From the IMG/VR virus record IMGVR_UViG_3300031132_000335: a stretch of DNA of 64,000 bases. One strand, 5' to 3'. The notes beneath the pieces are model-generated. The model ran no database searches. It saw only the letters and a program-made list of their open reading frames with translations, and had not been told where the DNA came from. The position numbers and the translations under genes were made by a program. Each line of letters opens with the position of its first letter. Position 1 is the stretch's first letter. The stretch is from an uncultured virus (IMG/VR IMGVR_UViG_3300031132_000335) (taxonomy: Duplodnaviria; Heunggongvirae; Uroviricota; Caudoviricetes). Below are positions 10,282 through 20,366 of the stretch, piece by piece.

Positions 10282-10722
10282 ATGAGCAAGCGAATCAGCC
10301 GTATCAACTCGGTCAAGAACCTCACGTTCATCCTCTCCGCCGTCCTCGGTCAGGTCGCTGCGAACACCGCTCTGAACGCGGAGGAGAAGCGCGACCAGAA
10401 GATGGAGGACCGTTTTGCTACGATTCCCGCTCACAGCCGCGGCTGGCTCAACACGTTCCGTTGGGCAGCCTTCAAGCTCGCCTTCCTCATCCCGTTCGCG
10501 TTCATCGGTCTGGTCACGGTCAACGCGAAGTCGGAGAAGGCCGCTCTTCGGAACTTCGTTTCCCAGCAGCGTGACCGCTTCCGTTACATGAACATGAGCA
10601 GCCCCTACACGCAGGGACGGTACGAGGCATGGCTCGGCTGGGACCGCGAGTTCCTGGCGGAGGTCGTCACCAACGCGAACAAGCGTTCCGCTGAGCGTCG
10701 TGCAGCCGCTGCGATGGTCTGA
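10282..10722 (+). CDS. hypothetical protein, paralogue of 16131
   Basis: RGWLNTFR..SEKAAL shared. Confidence 0.8.
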   Translation: MSKRISRINSVKNLTFILSAVLGQVAANTALNAEEKRDQKMEDRFATIPAHSRGWLNTFRWAAFKLAFLIPFAFIGLVTVNAKSEKAALRNFVSQQRDRFRYMNMSSPYTQGRYEAWLGWDREFLAEVVTNANKRSAERRAAAAMV

Positions 10723-10895
10723 GCTTCCAAGCCCTTCGGGGCTGATCCGTTAGACTCAATGAAAAAAGACATGAATTCTAACTCAGGTACGTCTCAGGAA
10801 AAACTTCCTGTCTCGGGTTGTGTAAGCCCCGTGATCGTGTAGAGTTGAGTCATCAGGGAGGAATAGCCTCCCGAAGAACTTCAAGGAGAATCGCC

Positions 10896-11129
10896 ATGAG
10901 CTTCCACGACGACTACTCAGACCCTGACATCATTGTTGCGGACCGTCACATCGCAGACGACGACTACTCAGACCCTGATGTCGTCGTGAACTCCACTGAG
11001 TGTGACCACTGCTACCAGGACGGCGCATGGATGCGCAAGGCTGACCCCGTACGTGAAGCCTTGCACGCCAGAAAGGTCATGAAGCGGTACCACGAGGACT
11101 GCTACTACGAAGCTGCGGCGTGCATCTGA
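10896..11129 (+). CDS. putative Zn-binding protein (CxxC..HxxC)
   Basis: CDHC..YHEDCY; internal DDYSDPD repeat; paralogue of 49145. Confidence 0.75.
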   Translation: MSFHDDYSDPDIIVADRHIADDDYSDPDVVVNSTECDHCYQDGAWMRKADPVREALHARKVMKRYHEDCYYEAAACI

Positions 11130-11277
11130 CCAACTCAAAGCCCTTCGGGGCTGATCTGTACCACTCAGCTACATCTCAGGAAGAAAGCTCCTATCTCGGG
11201 TTGCATCAGGCTCGTGATCGTGTAGAGTTGAGTTCATCAGGGAGGAACAGTCTCCCAAACAACCTCAGGAGAACATC

Positions 11278-11451
11278 ATGCGTATCGTTGCCGCTCACGA
11301 ACTGGCCACGGGTGACATCATCATGGAGAACGGGTGCGACTGGCCTGTGAACTTCTCTTGCGCAGCTCCTGCTCCTGGATACACCACGGTGCACCTGCTG
11401 GACGGGACCCGCACGGGTTACCGCAGCAATGCCTCGGTTGTCGTTCGGTAG
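11278..11451 (+). CDS. 57-aa hypothetical protein
   Basis: Hand-translated MRIVAAHELATGD..; cassette leader. Confidence 0.7.
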   Translation: MRIVAAHELATGDIIMENGCDWPVNFSCAAPAPGYTTVHLLDGTRTGYRSNASVVVR

Positions 11452-11570
11452 CGGAAGCTACTCATCAAACTTTCGGGAAGAAATTCCTGTCTCGGGTTGC
11501 ATGACTCCCGTGATCGTGTAGTGTTGAGTTCACCAGGGAGGAACAGCCTCCCAAGAAGTTGGAGAGCATC

Positions 11571-11654
11571 ATGTCAGACGAAGAGTACAAGCAGATGTGT
11601 CAGCGGATGGAAGAGCTGTGGGGACCGAACTGGTTGAACGGAGCTGACTGGTAG
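11571..11654 (+). CDS. 27-aa micropeptide
   Basis: MSDEEYKQMCQRMEELWGPNWLNGADW; full promoter, hairpin and RBS. Confidence 0.7.
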   Translation: MSDEEYKQMCQRMEELWGPNWLNGADW

Positions 11655-11825
11655 ACCTCATCAGCAGGGTTCAACTGGGACAGTTTTTGAACAGTGCTCC
11701 ATTTGTTGCGTATGCGCTTACAAATGGAGCACTGAAAAATTTTTGAGTAGGGTGTTGCACTCAGAGGTCTGGGGTTGTACACTGGTATCAACGGAGCAAC
11801 CAGCTCCTACCGAACGGAGGACATC

Positions 11826-12146
11826 ATGGGCTACTTCATCGTCACTCACGAAGAGGCAGAGAAGCGTCGGGCAGTTGCTGAGCGAAACCGCAAGATGAGC
11901 GTGTTCTTCGGTTCGCTCTACGCTGCGATGAGCTTCCTGGCCCTGGTCATGGCAATCGTGTCCGTTGTCGCTCCCGAGACGTTCATCCCCTACGCGGTGT
12001 TCATCCTCATCGGGGTCGCAGTGTTCGCCGCTGTGCGGGCTGTCATCAGCTTCCGTCAGGCGCGAGAGTTCGCAGATTCGCGGAAGGCCATCAAGGCTGT
12101 CTGGTCGGGTACCGTGGGCCGTCCGTCCAAGGAAACGGTTCGCTGA
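11826..12146 (+). CDS. membrane protein, paralogue of 8305
   Basis: MGYFIVT.. two TM helices. Confidence 0.8.
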   Translation: MGYFIVTHEEAEKRRAVAERNRKMSVFFGSLYAAMSFLALVMAIVSVVAPETFIPYAVFILIGVAVFAAVRAVISFRQAREFADSRKAIKAVWSGTVGRPSKETVR

Positions 12147-12385
12147 CACAAGCTTGCAGAGGAGGGAGGAGCTACCAATTCAGGTAGCTCCTCCCTCCTC
12201 TCTTTTTGAGTGGACTGAGCTGGGACAGGTTTTGAGCGGTAGAGCTGGTGCACCTGACTTGCGTCCCGTTCAGTCCGAGTAGGGCTGAAAAAATTGGACA
12301 GAAGTTGACATGAGCTGTCCGAACCATGGTACAGTTGAGTCATCAGGGAGGAACAGCCTCCCGAACCACTTCCAAGGAGAACCTC

Positions 12386-12664
12386 ATGGCTAACCACACG
12401 CAGGACTTCTACGGCACTCCCGACGAGGACGGTCTCACCGTTGAGGGCATCCAGGACGAGCGTTACCTCTCGGATGCCCTGGACGAGGCACACGCGCTGG
12501 ACGCTGAGAACTACTTCGCGCAGGACTCCAACTTTGACGGCATCGCCGAAGACGAGTTCGGGCTTCCCGCTTACGCTCGCATGGACGATGATGAGCAGGC
12601 TGAGTTTGACCAGGCAGCTGAGGACCTGCAAAACCACAACGCCTTCGGCCCTGACTTCCGCTGA
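12386..12664 (+). CDS. highly acidic protein
   Basis: D/E-rich, almost no K/R; class II promoter. Confidence 0.8.
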   Translation: MANHTQDFYGTPDEDGLTVEGIQDERYLSDALDEAHALDAENYFAQDSNFDGIAEDEFGLPAYARMDDDEQAEFDQAAEDLQNHNAFGPDFR

Positions 12665-12861
12665 GGTCAAAAAGGAGGGGAGCTACCAACTCAGGTAGCT
12701 CCCCTCCTTTTGTTTGAGCTGGTGAAAAAAGACATGAGTTGTGACGTTCATCGTTCCTCAGCTGGTGAAGCTCCAAAGCAGAGCTATGGATTGTGGCTGG
12801 AAGAATGGAATCATTCCTAAACCTGTTGCATTTGTCAGAGTGTAATGATAGGCTATGCTTT

Positions 12862-13197
12862 ATGTACAAGTGCGACATCATCATTCCCGCAACGGGTAAG
12901 CGTGAAGCTCTCCTGAACTACTTCGCCACGAACGGAGTTACCTACCTCTACCCTGTGGAGGAGGCCGTTCACGCCTTTGAGGCGGACCCTGAGACCGCTA
13001 CGGACAGCCTCCTGAACGCGACAGCTCTTGCGCTCGCGGTAGAGCTGTCTGAGGAGGAGGGCATGGGTGTTTACGACCAGGCTGAGTCCATTGAAACGAT
13101 GGACGCTGATGACGGTACCCGCCTCGGTTGGGTTGTCAACTTCCGCCAGTACGACTACTACCCTGAGGACTTTGAGCTGGACGGGTTCCTGGTCTGA
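12862..13197 (+). CDS. acidic hypothetical protein (leaderless)
   Basis: TAGGCT-7nt-ATG. Confidence 0.7.
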   Translation: MYKCDIIIPATGKREALLNYFATNGVTYLYPVEEAVHAFEADPETATDSLLNATALALAVELSEEEGMGVYDQAESIETMDADDGTRLGWVVNFRQYDYYPEDFELDGFLV

Positions 13198-13234
13198 CTT
13201 ACCACATCATCAATTTGTAAGCGAGGGAAAAATA

Positions 13235-13420
13235 ATGGGACGAGTAATCACACGAGAGCTGACCGCAGTTGAGAGTCTTGAAGAGGCTCTATACGACACT
13301 GGCGTAGAGGTAGGAGAAGTAGAGAAGGTGCTAACAGCTATTCACCCTTGTTTACAGGGTGAGCAGAACCAAGCTCTCATTGGAGCTGTCCTGGAAATCT
13401 TCGCAGGCTATCGCTCCTAA
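13235..13420 (+). CDS. hypothetical protein
   Basis: GAGG RBS; MGRVITREL. Confidence 0.6.
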   Translation: MGRVITRELTAVESLEEALYDTGVEVGEVEKVLTAIHPCLQGEQNQALIGAVLEIFAGYRS

Positions 13421-13516
13421 TGAACAAGGGGAAGGCCCCTCACCTGGATTCAGGTGAGGGGCCTTCCTTATTTCAAAAAGACGAGTAGTAATAGCTCTCA
13501 GGTGAGCTATCTGGAC

Positions 13517-13594
13517 TCAGCTGTTCTTACGGACCGAGCAGGAGAGCTTGTGCGTGCCAACGAGCCGGCAGCAGCTGCACTTGGTGTCGTTCAT
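13517..13594 (-). CDS. 25-aa Cys/His micropeptide
   Basis: MNDTKCSCCRLVGTHKLSCSVRKNS; own cassette leader. Confidence 0.65.
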   Translation of the reverse strand: MNDTKCSCCRLVGTHKLSCSVRKNS

Positions 13595-13802
13595 GATGTT
13601 CCTCATTCTGTTAGGTGGGAGGCTGTTCCTCCCTGATGGACTCAACACTACACGGCTGAGAGCTGGTGTGCAACACCCAGAGCAGTGGTTGATAGCTACG
13701 TCTCAAAAAGACGAAAAGTTGATGGAGAGTGGACAGCTGGAAGACGAAACAAGTAAGGCCCCTCACCACTTTCGGTGAGGGGCCTTACTTAGAGGACTGG
13801 AC

Positions 13803-13892
13803 TTAGATGCCCATTTCCTTCATGAGCTTCATGGTGTCGTCATCGAACTCGTCGGTGCGGATGAAGCCGAAGTCGTCGTCGTTGTCGTACAT
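13803..13892 (-). CDS. 29-aa acidic micropeptide, copy 1
   Basis: MYDNDDDFGFIRTDEFDDDTMKLMKEMGI; class II promoter. Confidence 0.85.
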   Translation of the reverse strand: MYDNDDDFGFIRTDEFDDDTMKLMKEMGI

Positions 13893-14034
13893 GAGGTTCT
13901 CCTTGGCTGTTCGGGAGGCTGTTCCTCCCTGATGTATTTAGCCTACCACAGTCCAGAGTGGCTGTGTCAAGCCAAATCAGAAAATTTTTCTGAGGGATCA
14001 GGGTGGGCTGTGATGGGCAGCCCGCCAGAGGGAG

Positions 14035-14292
14035 TTAGAAGCGCAGCCGCGCAGCACGAGCGGCCTGGTACTCCTTCTGCTGCTTCGCTTCCAGGATTCG
14101 CCCAGTGATGCCCGAGGTCAGCCACGAGAGGAAGAAGCTACCGAAACCCACGAGGCAGGAAGAGTAAACCATGGTGGCGGTCTCCGACCAGTCGCCCAGG
14201 TAGGGGTAAAGGAGGAAAACGGAGAGAAGCGTGAGACCAAGACCGACAGCGGGGATGCTGAGGTTGTCTGCGATGCGACCAAGCTTGTCCAT
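14035..14292 (-). CDS. membrane protein
   Basis: Cassette leader; two TM helices. Confidence 0.75.
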   Translation of the reverse strand: MDKLGRIADNLSIPAVGLGLTLLSVFLLYPYLGDWSETATMVYSSCLVGFGSFFLSWLTSGITGRILEAKQQKEYQAARAARLRF

Positions 14293-14470
14293 GGGATTCT
14301 CCTGAGACTGTGAGGGAGGCTGTTCCTCCCTGATGATTCAACTCTACACGACTCCGAGCAGAGCGCAACCCCGAGTTGCTCAACTCAGAGGTTTTCCAGG
14401 TTTCGTCTCAAAAAGACGAAAAGCTCTGTCCTCCTAACAGTTAGGAGGACAGAGCTTTTCGGATGATGCG

Positions 14471-14713
14471 CTACGCGGTGACCAGCTCGTAGTAGTTCGG
14501 GTCGTAGCTGCCACGCTGCAACGAGTCAGTGGCACGGTTGAGAGCGGAGGCCAGACCCTTGGCGGTCTTCGGCTCGGTGTTCACCTTGGAGTCGTAGGAG
14601 TGACCGCTTTCCAGGGTGTACTTGAAGTGGTTGATGAGGTTGGAGAGGGTGTCCGTGGTCTCAGTGGTGCGGCCACGACGGGTCTTGGCGATGGTGTAAG
14701 TCTTCTCAGCCAT
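14471..14713 (-). CDS. hypothetical phage protein
   Basis: Cassette leader; FKYTLESG..NTEPKT motif. Confidence 0.8.
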   Translation of the reverse strand: MAEKTYTIAKTRRGRTTETTDTLSNLINHFKYTLESGHSYDSKVNTEPKTAKGLASALNRATDSLQRGSYDPNYYELVTA

Positions 14714-14991
14714 GGGGTTCTCCTTGAAGTGGTTCGGGAGGCTGTTCCTCCCTGATGACTCAACTCTACATGCTTCGGTGTGACGATGCAACCTGATGAC
14801 CAAAAATCAGTGAACTTTCAGGTTTGGTCTCAAAAAGACGAAAACAGTACGCGGCTCTGGGAACGAGAAGACCAGCAGCTGAGGGTTTGGAGGCGCAGGG
14901 ATAACTCTACGAGGAGGTAAGCACAGATGTAAAAAGACATGGACTCGTCAAAATTTTGACGAGTCCATGTCTTAGGTAGCTGGGTATTAGG

Positions 14992-15402
14992 TCAGATGTA
15001 CTGCTTCTTCTTCGCACCGTGCGGCCAGATGGGGCTTCCTGTTGACGACATGATGGAGGTAATCGGGAACGTCTCGTCACGGCGGCTCTGAGCCATCTTG
15101 TCCAGCTGGAAGCTGACCACGATGGAGTCCTTGCCCGTCAGGCGTGCGATGCTCTCGTGGAGGGAGTGCATGTAACCGAGGTCACGGTCAACGCCCTTCT
15201 GGTCGTAGGGGTAACCTGCGTCACGCTTGTTCAGCTCCTCGTTCACGGACTGCGAGCGGTGAGCGTACTCGTGCTCCATGAGCTTGACCGTCTCATCCAG
15301 GCGGTTCAGCTTTGCCTGGTCTTCGGGAGACGTGCGGTAGACGACCTTGGTGATGACCTGCGGCTGAGCAGCGGGCTTGCGGGTGCGCTTGATACGGAGC
15401 AT
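14992..15402 (-). CDS. hypothetical protein
   Basis: Cassette leader. Confidence 0.8.
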   Translation of the reverse strand: MLRIKRTRKPAAQPQVITKVVYRTSPEDQAKLNRLDETVKLMEHEYAHRSQSVNEELNKRDAGYPYDQKGVDRDLGYMHSLHESIARLTGKDSIVVSFQLDKMAQSRRDETFPITSIMSSTGSPIWPHGAKKKQYI

Positions 15403-15554
15403 GAGCTTCTCCTTGGTTGTTCGGGAGGCTGTTCCTCCCTGGTGACACCTACATTACACGATCACGGGTGACATGCAACCCGAGACAGGAATTTTTTTCC
15501 TGAGAGCTTCATGAATGAAGCGGATCAGCTGGGGATGTTCACCCCCCAGCTCTC

Positions 15555-15707
15555 TCAGACGGAGAGAACGTCAGCAGTGAGGTTCCATTGCGAAGCGATG
15601 AAGTCAGCCTTCTCCTTGGCGCGGTCGCGGCTCTGCTGGGAGACAGCGGGGTCAGCAGCGATGGCGCGGAGGCTCTTGCAGGCGAAGGTTGCGCGGGTGA
15701 TGTTCAC
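15555..15707 (-). CDS. 50-aa hypothetical protein
   Basis: Cassette leader, AAGGAG, GTG start. Confidence 0.65.
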   Translation of the reverse strand: MNITRATFACKSLRAIAADPAVSQQSRDRAKEKADFIASQWNLTADVLSV

Positions 15708-16130
15708 GGTAACTCCTTGGCTTTTCGGGAGGCTGTTCCTCCCTGCTGAACTCAACACTACACGCACCAGCGTGGGGAGGCAACTCATTCCTGGAAAATC
15801 AGCGGACTTTCAGAATTGGTCTCAAAAAGACGAGATAGCTAAGGATGGCGACGGGGAGGAGGACGAACCGTGAGCTTCTCACCCAGCAAGAAGGTTCCAT
15901 GCTCACCGTTGAAGTACAGCGCAGTGACAGTTTCCTCCGAAGAGTCCATCTGCACCACCTTCCATTCCTTGTCGTCATTGGTGATGAGCATTGCCTGCCC
16001 CAGCCAGGAGCTGCTGGCTACGAATGAGGTGAAGTCCCAGGAGGGAGGTCCTTCAAAGTGTTGATACGAAGGTAAAGTTGGAGGCAATGAAAAAAGACAT
16101 GAGTTTGTAGCTCAGGCATAAGCTTGCTCG

Positions 16131-16568
16131 TCAGGCTGCCTGCTGCTCGTAGCGGGCAATTTCACCTGAGCGCTCTGCTGCAACAAATTCCGCATGCGAG
16201 TGGAACCATCGCGGCTCCATACGGATGGAGTAGAGCCACTTATCCCAAGCTGCGAATGCCCCTGCATTTTCCGCAGTCCGCTCTACCTGTCCGCGGAGGA
16301 ATCGCTGCTTCTTGATGTAGGAGGTAAGAGCGGCCTTCTCAGACCAGTGGTGCTGCTTGGCCAGTCCCAGATACGCGAAAACCAGCATGAGAGTCGTGTG
16401 AACGACGGCCACGCGGAACGTGTTCAGCCAGCCGCGCTTGTACGCTGAGGGCTTCACATTACCCGTGAAGTGAGCTTCATCAGCATGAGCATCCTTGGTG
16501 TCCAGGACGGCGAACTGCATTTCGGAGCGAAGGTGCTTCCAGTGTTGGATAGCGATACGGCGGCTCAT
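16131..16568 (-). CDS. hypothetical protein, paralogue of 10282
   Basis: RGWLNTFR motif. Confidence 0.8.
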   Translation of the reverse strand: MSRRIAIQHWKHLRSEMQFAVLDTKDAHADEAHFTGNVKPSAYKRGWLNTFRVAVVHTTLMLVFAYLGLAKQHHWSEKAALTSYIKKQRFLRGQVERTAENAGAFAAWDKWLYSIRMEPRWFHSHAEFVAAERSGEIARYEQQAA

Positions 16569-16671
16569 GGTCCAGTCCTTTTACAAGTTGGGTTCTGATT
16601 GAACTTCTATGATCGTAGCATGTTCTTGGGGGAGCATGCAACTGAGCATTTAGCAGGTAACCCGCTGGCCG

Positions 16672-16965
16672 TTACCGCTGGACCCGCGCTGCTCCTGCGG
16701 TGATGAGGGAGAACCCACGCTTGAACGTGATGACAGTGGCAGTGATTCCCAGAACGAACGCAGCGACTCCGACGAGGAAGAAACCCACACCCCAGCCAAC
16801 CCCGATGACGCTGAATGCGGCGAGGAGGAATGAGATGGCCATGACGACCCCGATGGGGAAGAGGCTGACGAACGAGAGGGAAGCGATGACGGTCGTCACG
16901 GAGTAGAACGGGTCCGTGATTTTGTAGGTGATGCCAGCCTGGTTGTCAGTGAACGTCGCAGCCAT
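16672..16965 (-). CDS. membrane protein
   Basis: Cassette leader; hydrophobic. Confidence 0.75.
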   Translation of the reverse strand: MAATFTDNQAGITYKITDPFYSVTTVIASLSFVSLFPIGVVMAISFLLAAFSVIGVGWGVGFFLVGVAAFVLGITATVITFKRGFSLITAGAARVQR

Positions 16966-17073
16966 GAGGTTCTCCTTGAAGTGGTTCGGGAGGCTGTTCC
17001 TCCCTGGTGATACCTACTCTACACGATCAGGGGAGGTGTGCAACCCCAGACAGAAACTTTTTCCTGAGAATTG

Positions 17074-17280
17074 CTACGCCTGTCGCATGTACTTCGGCAG
17101 GCGCTGCTTGTTGTGCTTGATGAAGTCCTCTCGCTTCCACTCCTGGTCAGCGGACGAGAGCGCACGGAAACGCTTGCGCTCAATGAAGTGGCACACCGTG
17201 AGGTACAAGGCGGCAAACAGAAGAATTCCGCCGATGGACGTGACGAGCTGGAACGTGATGAAGATTGCGAGGGGAGACAT
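17074..17280 (-). CDS. small membrane protein
   Basis: AGGAG RBS; one TM helix. Confidence 0.65.
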   Translation of the reverse strand: MSPLAIFITFQLVTSIGGILLFAALYLTVCHFIERKRFRALSSADQEWKREDFIKHNKQRLPKYMRQA

Positions 17281-17436
17281 TGCGCTACTCCTGGGTCATC
17301 TGACGGACAGGTTCCGCCTCTAAGGGCAAGTCTACTCAGTCTTGCTCGCCCTGTCAACAAGGTTCTTAGAACCAGTTGTTTTCAGAAGAGAACTATGATA
17401 GTATTTCACCGTATAAGGTTACGAAAGAGAAGGATT

Positions 17437-17967
17437 ATGGGCTACGTACCGAAGGAAGAGATGCTCCGACGAGGAGCAAGCGGTGGGGACGTATTCGGAA
17501 AGGTCCGGAAGGAGCTTCGTACTCGCTTCCGTGATACCGATTTCCAGGTCTCAGACAAGGGTCGCTGGCGTGGCGAACATCCTGACCGCTACACTCGCGG
17601 TGTGGTGACCGACCTCCTGGTGACCTATGACCCTGAGGATGCACGAGAGGCTGGCTTTGGGTCGGAGCTGCTGCGCGCTGCTGTACGACAGATTCTGGAA
17701 ACGGTAGAGCTGGACCATTCCATCCAGCGAGTGTTCTTGAAGGAAGTTGAACGAGAGCGCACTCCGAAGGAAGTGGGTCAGATGCGTGCAGGGCTTGCGA
17801 TTGAACGAATTGATGCTGTTCTGACGAATGACGATTATAGTCCTGAGATGAAGCTGAGCATTACGATGCGGATTCTCGGTGAGCAGTTCAAGGGCGAGAT
17901 GGAGCGAGCACTCGTATCAACCCTCGCATCAGAGTTCAAATCACGTGACTTAGAAAGGGCCATGTAA
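17437..17967 (+). CDS. hypothetical protein, distant member of MPY family
   Basis: AAGGA RBS; MGYVPK..RKELRTRFRDTDFQV. Confidence 0.7.
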   Translation: MGYVPKEEMLRRGASGGDVFGKVRKELRTRFRDTDFQVSDKGRWRGEHPDRYTRGVVTDLLVTYDPEDAREAGFGSELLRAAVRQILETVELDHSIQRVFLKEVERERTPKEVGQMRAGLAIERIDAVLTNDDYSPEMKLSITMRILGEQFKGEMERALVSTLASEFKSRDLERAM

Positions 17968-17973
17968 AAAGAC

Positions 17974-18288
17974 ATGGATAAGCAAACAGAAATTACCTTC
18001 CTTCGGGAACAACTGGGAGCAAAGCTGGTAGCGTACATTGGTTCTGCCACCAGCCCAAAAACTGTAAGCAACTGGATTGCAGGCCAAGAAACCCCTTCTA
18101 CGGATGTGGCTGCACGTCTCTCAGAAGCGTACAGCCTTGCATTGCGACTGTCCGCTTTGTATTCTCCTGTCACTATTCAGGCATGGATGACAGGAAGTGA
18201 AGACCCAAGCATTATTCCAGCTCCTGCTCGCGTTCTGAGAGAAGGCAGCAAGATTGAAAGAGACGAGCTTTCTTTTAGACCGTACTGA
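17974..18288 (+). CDS. Xre/MbcA/ParS-like antitoxin or XRE HTH protein
   Basis: LREQLGAKLVAYIG..VSNWIAG..IQAWM..PARVLREG resembles actinobacterial RES-toxin antitoxins. Confidence 0.65.
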   Translation: MDKQTEITFLREQLGAKLVAYIGSATSPKTVSNWIAGQETPSTDVAARLSEAYSLALRLSALYSPVTIQAWMTGSEDPSIIPAPARVLREGSKIERDELSFRPY

Positions 18289-18375
18289 GCAGTTGCATAA
18301 ATCGCAAAGAGATGATAGCGTAAACGAATCAAGGGGAAGGACTCACCTTCCTCCACTCGTTGAAGGATGACTCCC

Positions 18376-18624
18376 ATGAAGACAAAGCTTGTCGCTCAGC
18401 TGATGCAGACCGTGACAATGACTGATGAAGAGATGGTGAAGTTCCTGGCCACTGTCCCTCGTAACACGGCTGCTGAGCTGTACTCGGCTGCTGGCGAGGT
18501 TGATTACTGGATTCAGAAGAACCCTGAGGCGTACTCCGAGCAGGTGCGTCGTGGTATTTGGCTCATGGAGCTGAATGCGAAGGCCCGTTGGGACAATCAC
18601 ATCAAGGATGCTGTCACGGTGTAA
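18376..18624 (+). CDS. hypothetical protein
   Basis: ORF with downstream hairpin; start could be 18367. Confidence 0.65.
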   Translation: MKTKLVAQLMQTVTMTDEEMVKFLATVPRNTAAELYSAAGEVDYWIQKNPEAYSEQVRRGIWLMELNAKARWDNHIKDAVTV

Positions 18625-18708
18625 ATAGTTTCGCCCCAGTAGGGATAAACCTGAGAAAAGGTTTATCCCTACTGGTATTAACACTTTACGTGTGGTAGAA
18701 TCATCCTC

Positions 18709-19005
18709 ATGCCATATCTTGATCGTACATTGATGACCACCTCAGGTGAGCAAGTATTTGCAGAAGTAGAGGAAGCTCTGAACCTGGTTTACCCGCAAGG
18801 TGAATTCGTTGTCCATGGTGGATACGCTTGGCAGACTCCGTTCGTCTACGGCGGCATGACTGTTCGCTACAATCAGGGCCAGGCGAAAGCTGCTGGTTTC
18901 AGTCAGAAAAAAGTGCGCCAGATTGCTCGTGACGTTTTAGCTGATAGTCCTACTCCGCATTCCATTAGCACTGTGAGTTGCAAATACCCGAGAAGGGAAA
19001 ATTGA
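18709..19005 (+). CDS. MPY-family paralogue 1 (leaderless)
   Basis: TAGAAT-7nt-ATG; EEALNLVYPQGEF. Confidence 0.75.
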   Translation: MPYLDRTLMTTSGEQVFAEVEEALNLVYPQGEFVVHGGYAWQTPFVYGGMTVRYNQGQAKAAGFSQKKVRQIARDVLADSPTPHSISTVSCKYPRREN

Positions 19006-19625
19006 TGCCGTACGCTGAGCGCGATTATAATGCCATCAACACAGAAGCCAAACTTGCTGTGGTGGAGACCATGTTGAACATCCTCTGGGACGAAAACTAC
19101 CTCGTGAGCGCTTCCTGGCGCGTGAAACCATTGTCCGTTGTGAGTGGTGAAGATGACATTCCTTCTGGCATTACAGTGTTCTGTGACTACAACGCCATTA
19201 GTCAGGTTGGTCTGGCAACTTCGTATTCTTGGTTGATCGTCATGCATGCATTGGCAATTACGAAGCACCCCCATTTCTTGATGGATGTGAATATTCATCA
19301 TCTGGACAGCGAAGCAGAGATTCCTGCGGTAGTTCCAACAGTCCTGACCGAAGACGAGCTGGAAGAGCTGGATGACCAAATTCGGGTGAAGAATACTCTG
19401 GAAGAATCGTTGCGGGAGTTCTCAGCTGGTGGATGGTTCTCTATTGCCATCAAACAATCTCCCAATCCTACGCTCCTTGTTTGTTATGATGAAGAGCATG
19501 CAAAGCGTCAAGGGTACAACCAAAAACGCATGCGAGCGTTCCTTCGTGAAATGCTTGATGAGATTGACATTGTGCATGATTTTAGCGGGATAAACTTTTA
19601 CGCAACTTCACCCCACTTTTGCTGA
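19005..19625 (+). CDS. MPY-family paralogue 2 (two-domain)
   Basis: TGATG coupling; EESLREFSAGGWFS. Confidence 0.75.
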   Translation: MPYAERDYNAINTEAKLAVVETMLNILWDENYLVSASWRVKPLSVVSGEDDIPSGITVFCDYNAISQVGLATSYSWLIVMHALAITKHPHFLMDVNIHHLDSEAEIPAVVPTVLTEDELEELDDQIRVKNTLEESLREFSAGGWFSIAIKQSPNPTLLVCYDEEHAKRQGYNQKRMRAFLREMLDEIDIVHDFSGINFYATSPHFC

Positions 19626-19685
19626 GGTATCTGACATGATTATTGAGAAAGACCTCATTATCCAACTCCCGTTAGGAGGAAACTG

Positions 19686-19994
19686 ATGCCGTACGTTGAA
19701 GGCGTGGAGCTCCCAGCCGGCGATAGTCCAATGTTGGAGCTGCTGAAAAAAGACATTGAAGAAGCCCTGCGGGAAGCGTTTCCTACTGGTCGTTTCTCCA
19801 TGCTCCTCATGCGCTCAGCTCCTGATCCTGTCCCGTGGGTGCTGTACAGCATGGACGACTCCCGAAGAAACGGCTACAAGCAATGGCAGATGCGTCATGT
19901 CGTGCGCCAGGTGTTCGCTGAGACCGCTGCTATTCACCCGTACACCACTGTTTCTTTCATGGATGACTCTCACTTGCATGAAGGAGAAGACTGA
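19686..19994 (+). CDS. MPY-family paralogue 3
   Basis: EEALREAFPTGRFS. Confidence 0.75.
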   Translation: MPYVEGVELPAGDSPMLELLKKDIEEALREAFPTGRFSMLLMRSAPDPVPWVLYSMDDSRRNGYKQWQMRHVVRQVFAETAAIHPYTTVSFMDDSHLHEGED

Positions 19995-20347
19995 TGCCGT
20001 ACATAACTGATGAAGAATGGTTTAGGCTAAGCCCTTACGATCAAAAAGTGTTGAAGCTCACCTTGCATGATGTGGACAATCAGTTACGGTTACGAGCTGA
20101 CATGGAGCAAGCATTACAGGAGGAGTTTCCTGGTGGATGGTTCAGCACTGCGTTCTACACGTATGCACCAGTAGGCCCTCTCATTTTTTATGACGCAGAC
20201 CACGCGAAGAAGAACTACACCCAGGCGCAGATGAGGGAAGTAGTAAAGCAGGTGTATGAAACAACTGAGGTATTTCATCGTTATCGCTCAGTCAATTTCC
20301 ACAAGAGCAATGTTCCTCATGTGGATAATCCTATGATGCCTGGATAA
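19994..20347 (+). CDS. MPY-family paralogue 4
   Basis: EQALQEEFPGGWFS. Confidence 0.75.
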   Translation: MPYITDEEWFRLSPYDQKVLKLTLHDVDNQLRLRADMEQALQEEFPGGWFSTAFYTYAPVGPLIFYDADHAKKNYTQAQMREVVKQVYETTEVFHRYRSVNFHKSNVPHVDNPMMPG

Positions 20348-20366
20348 AAAGATGAGTGGGGAGGGG

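Noticed and set aside
1616..17010. Regularly recurring repeat as a CRISPR array
   Set aside because: Intervals are hundreds of bp, variable, and contain whole genes. The repeat sits between -10 and RBS, and no cas genes are present.
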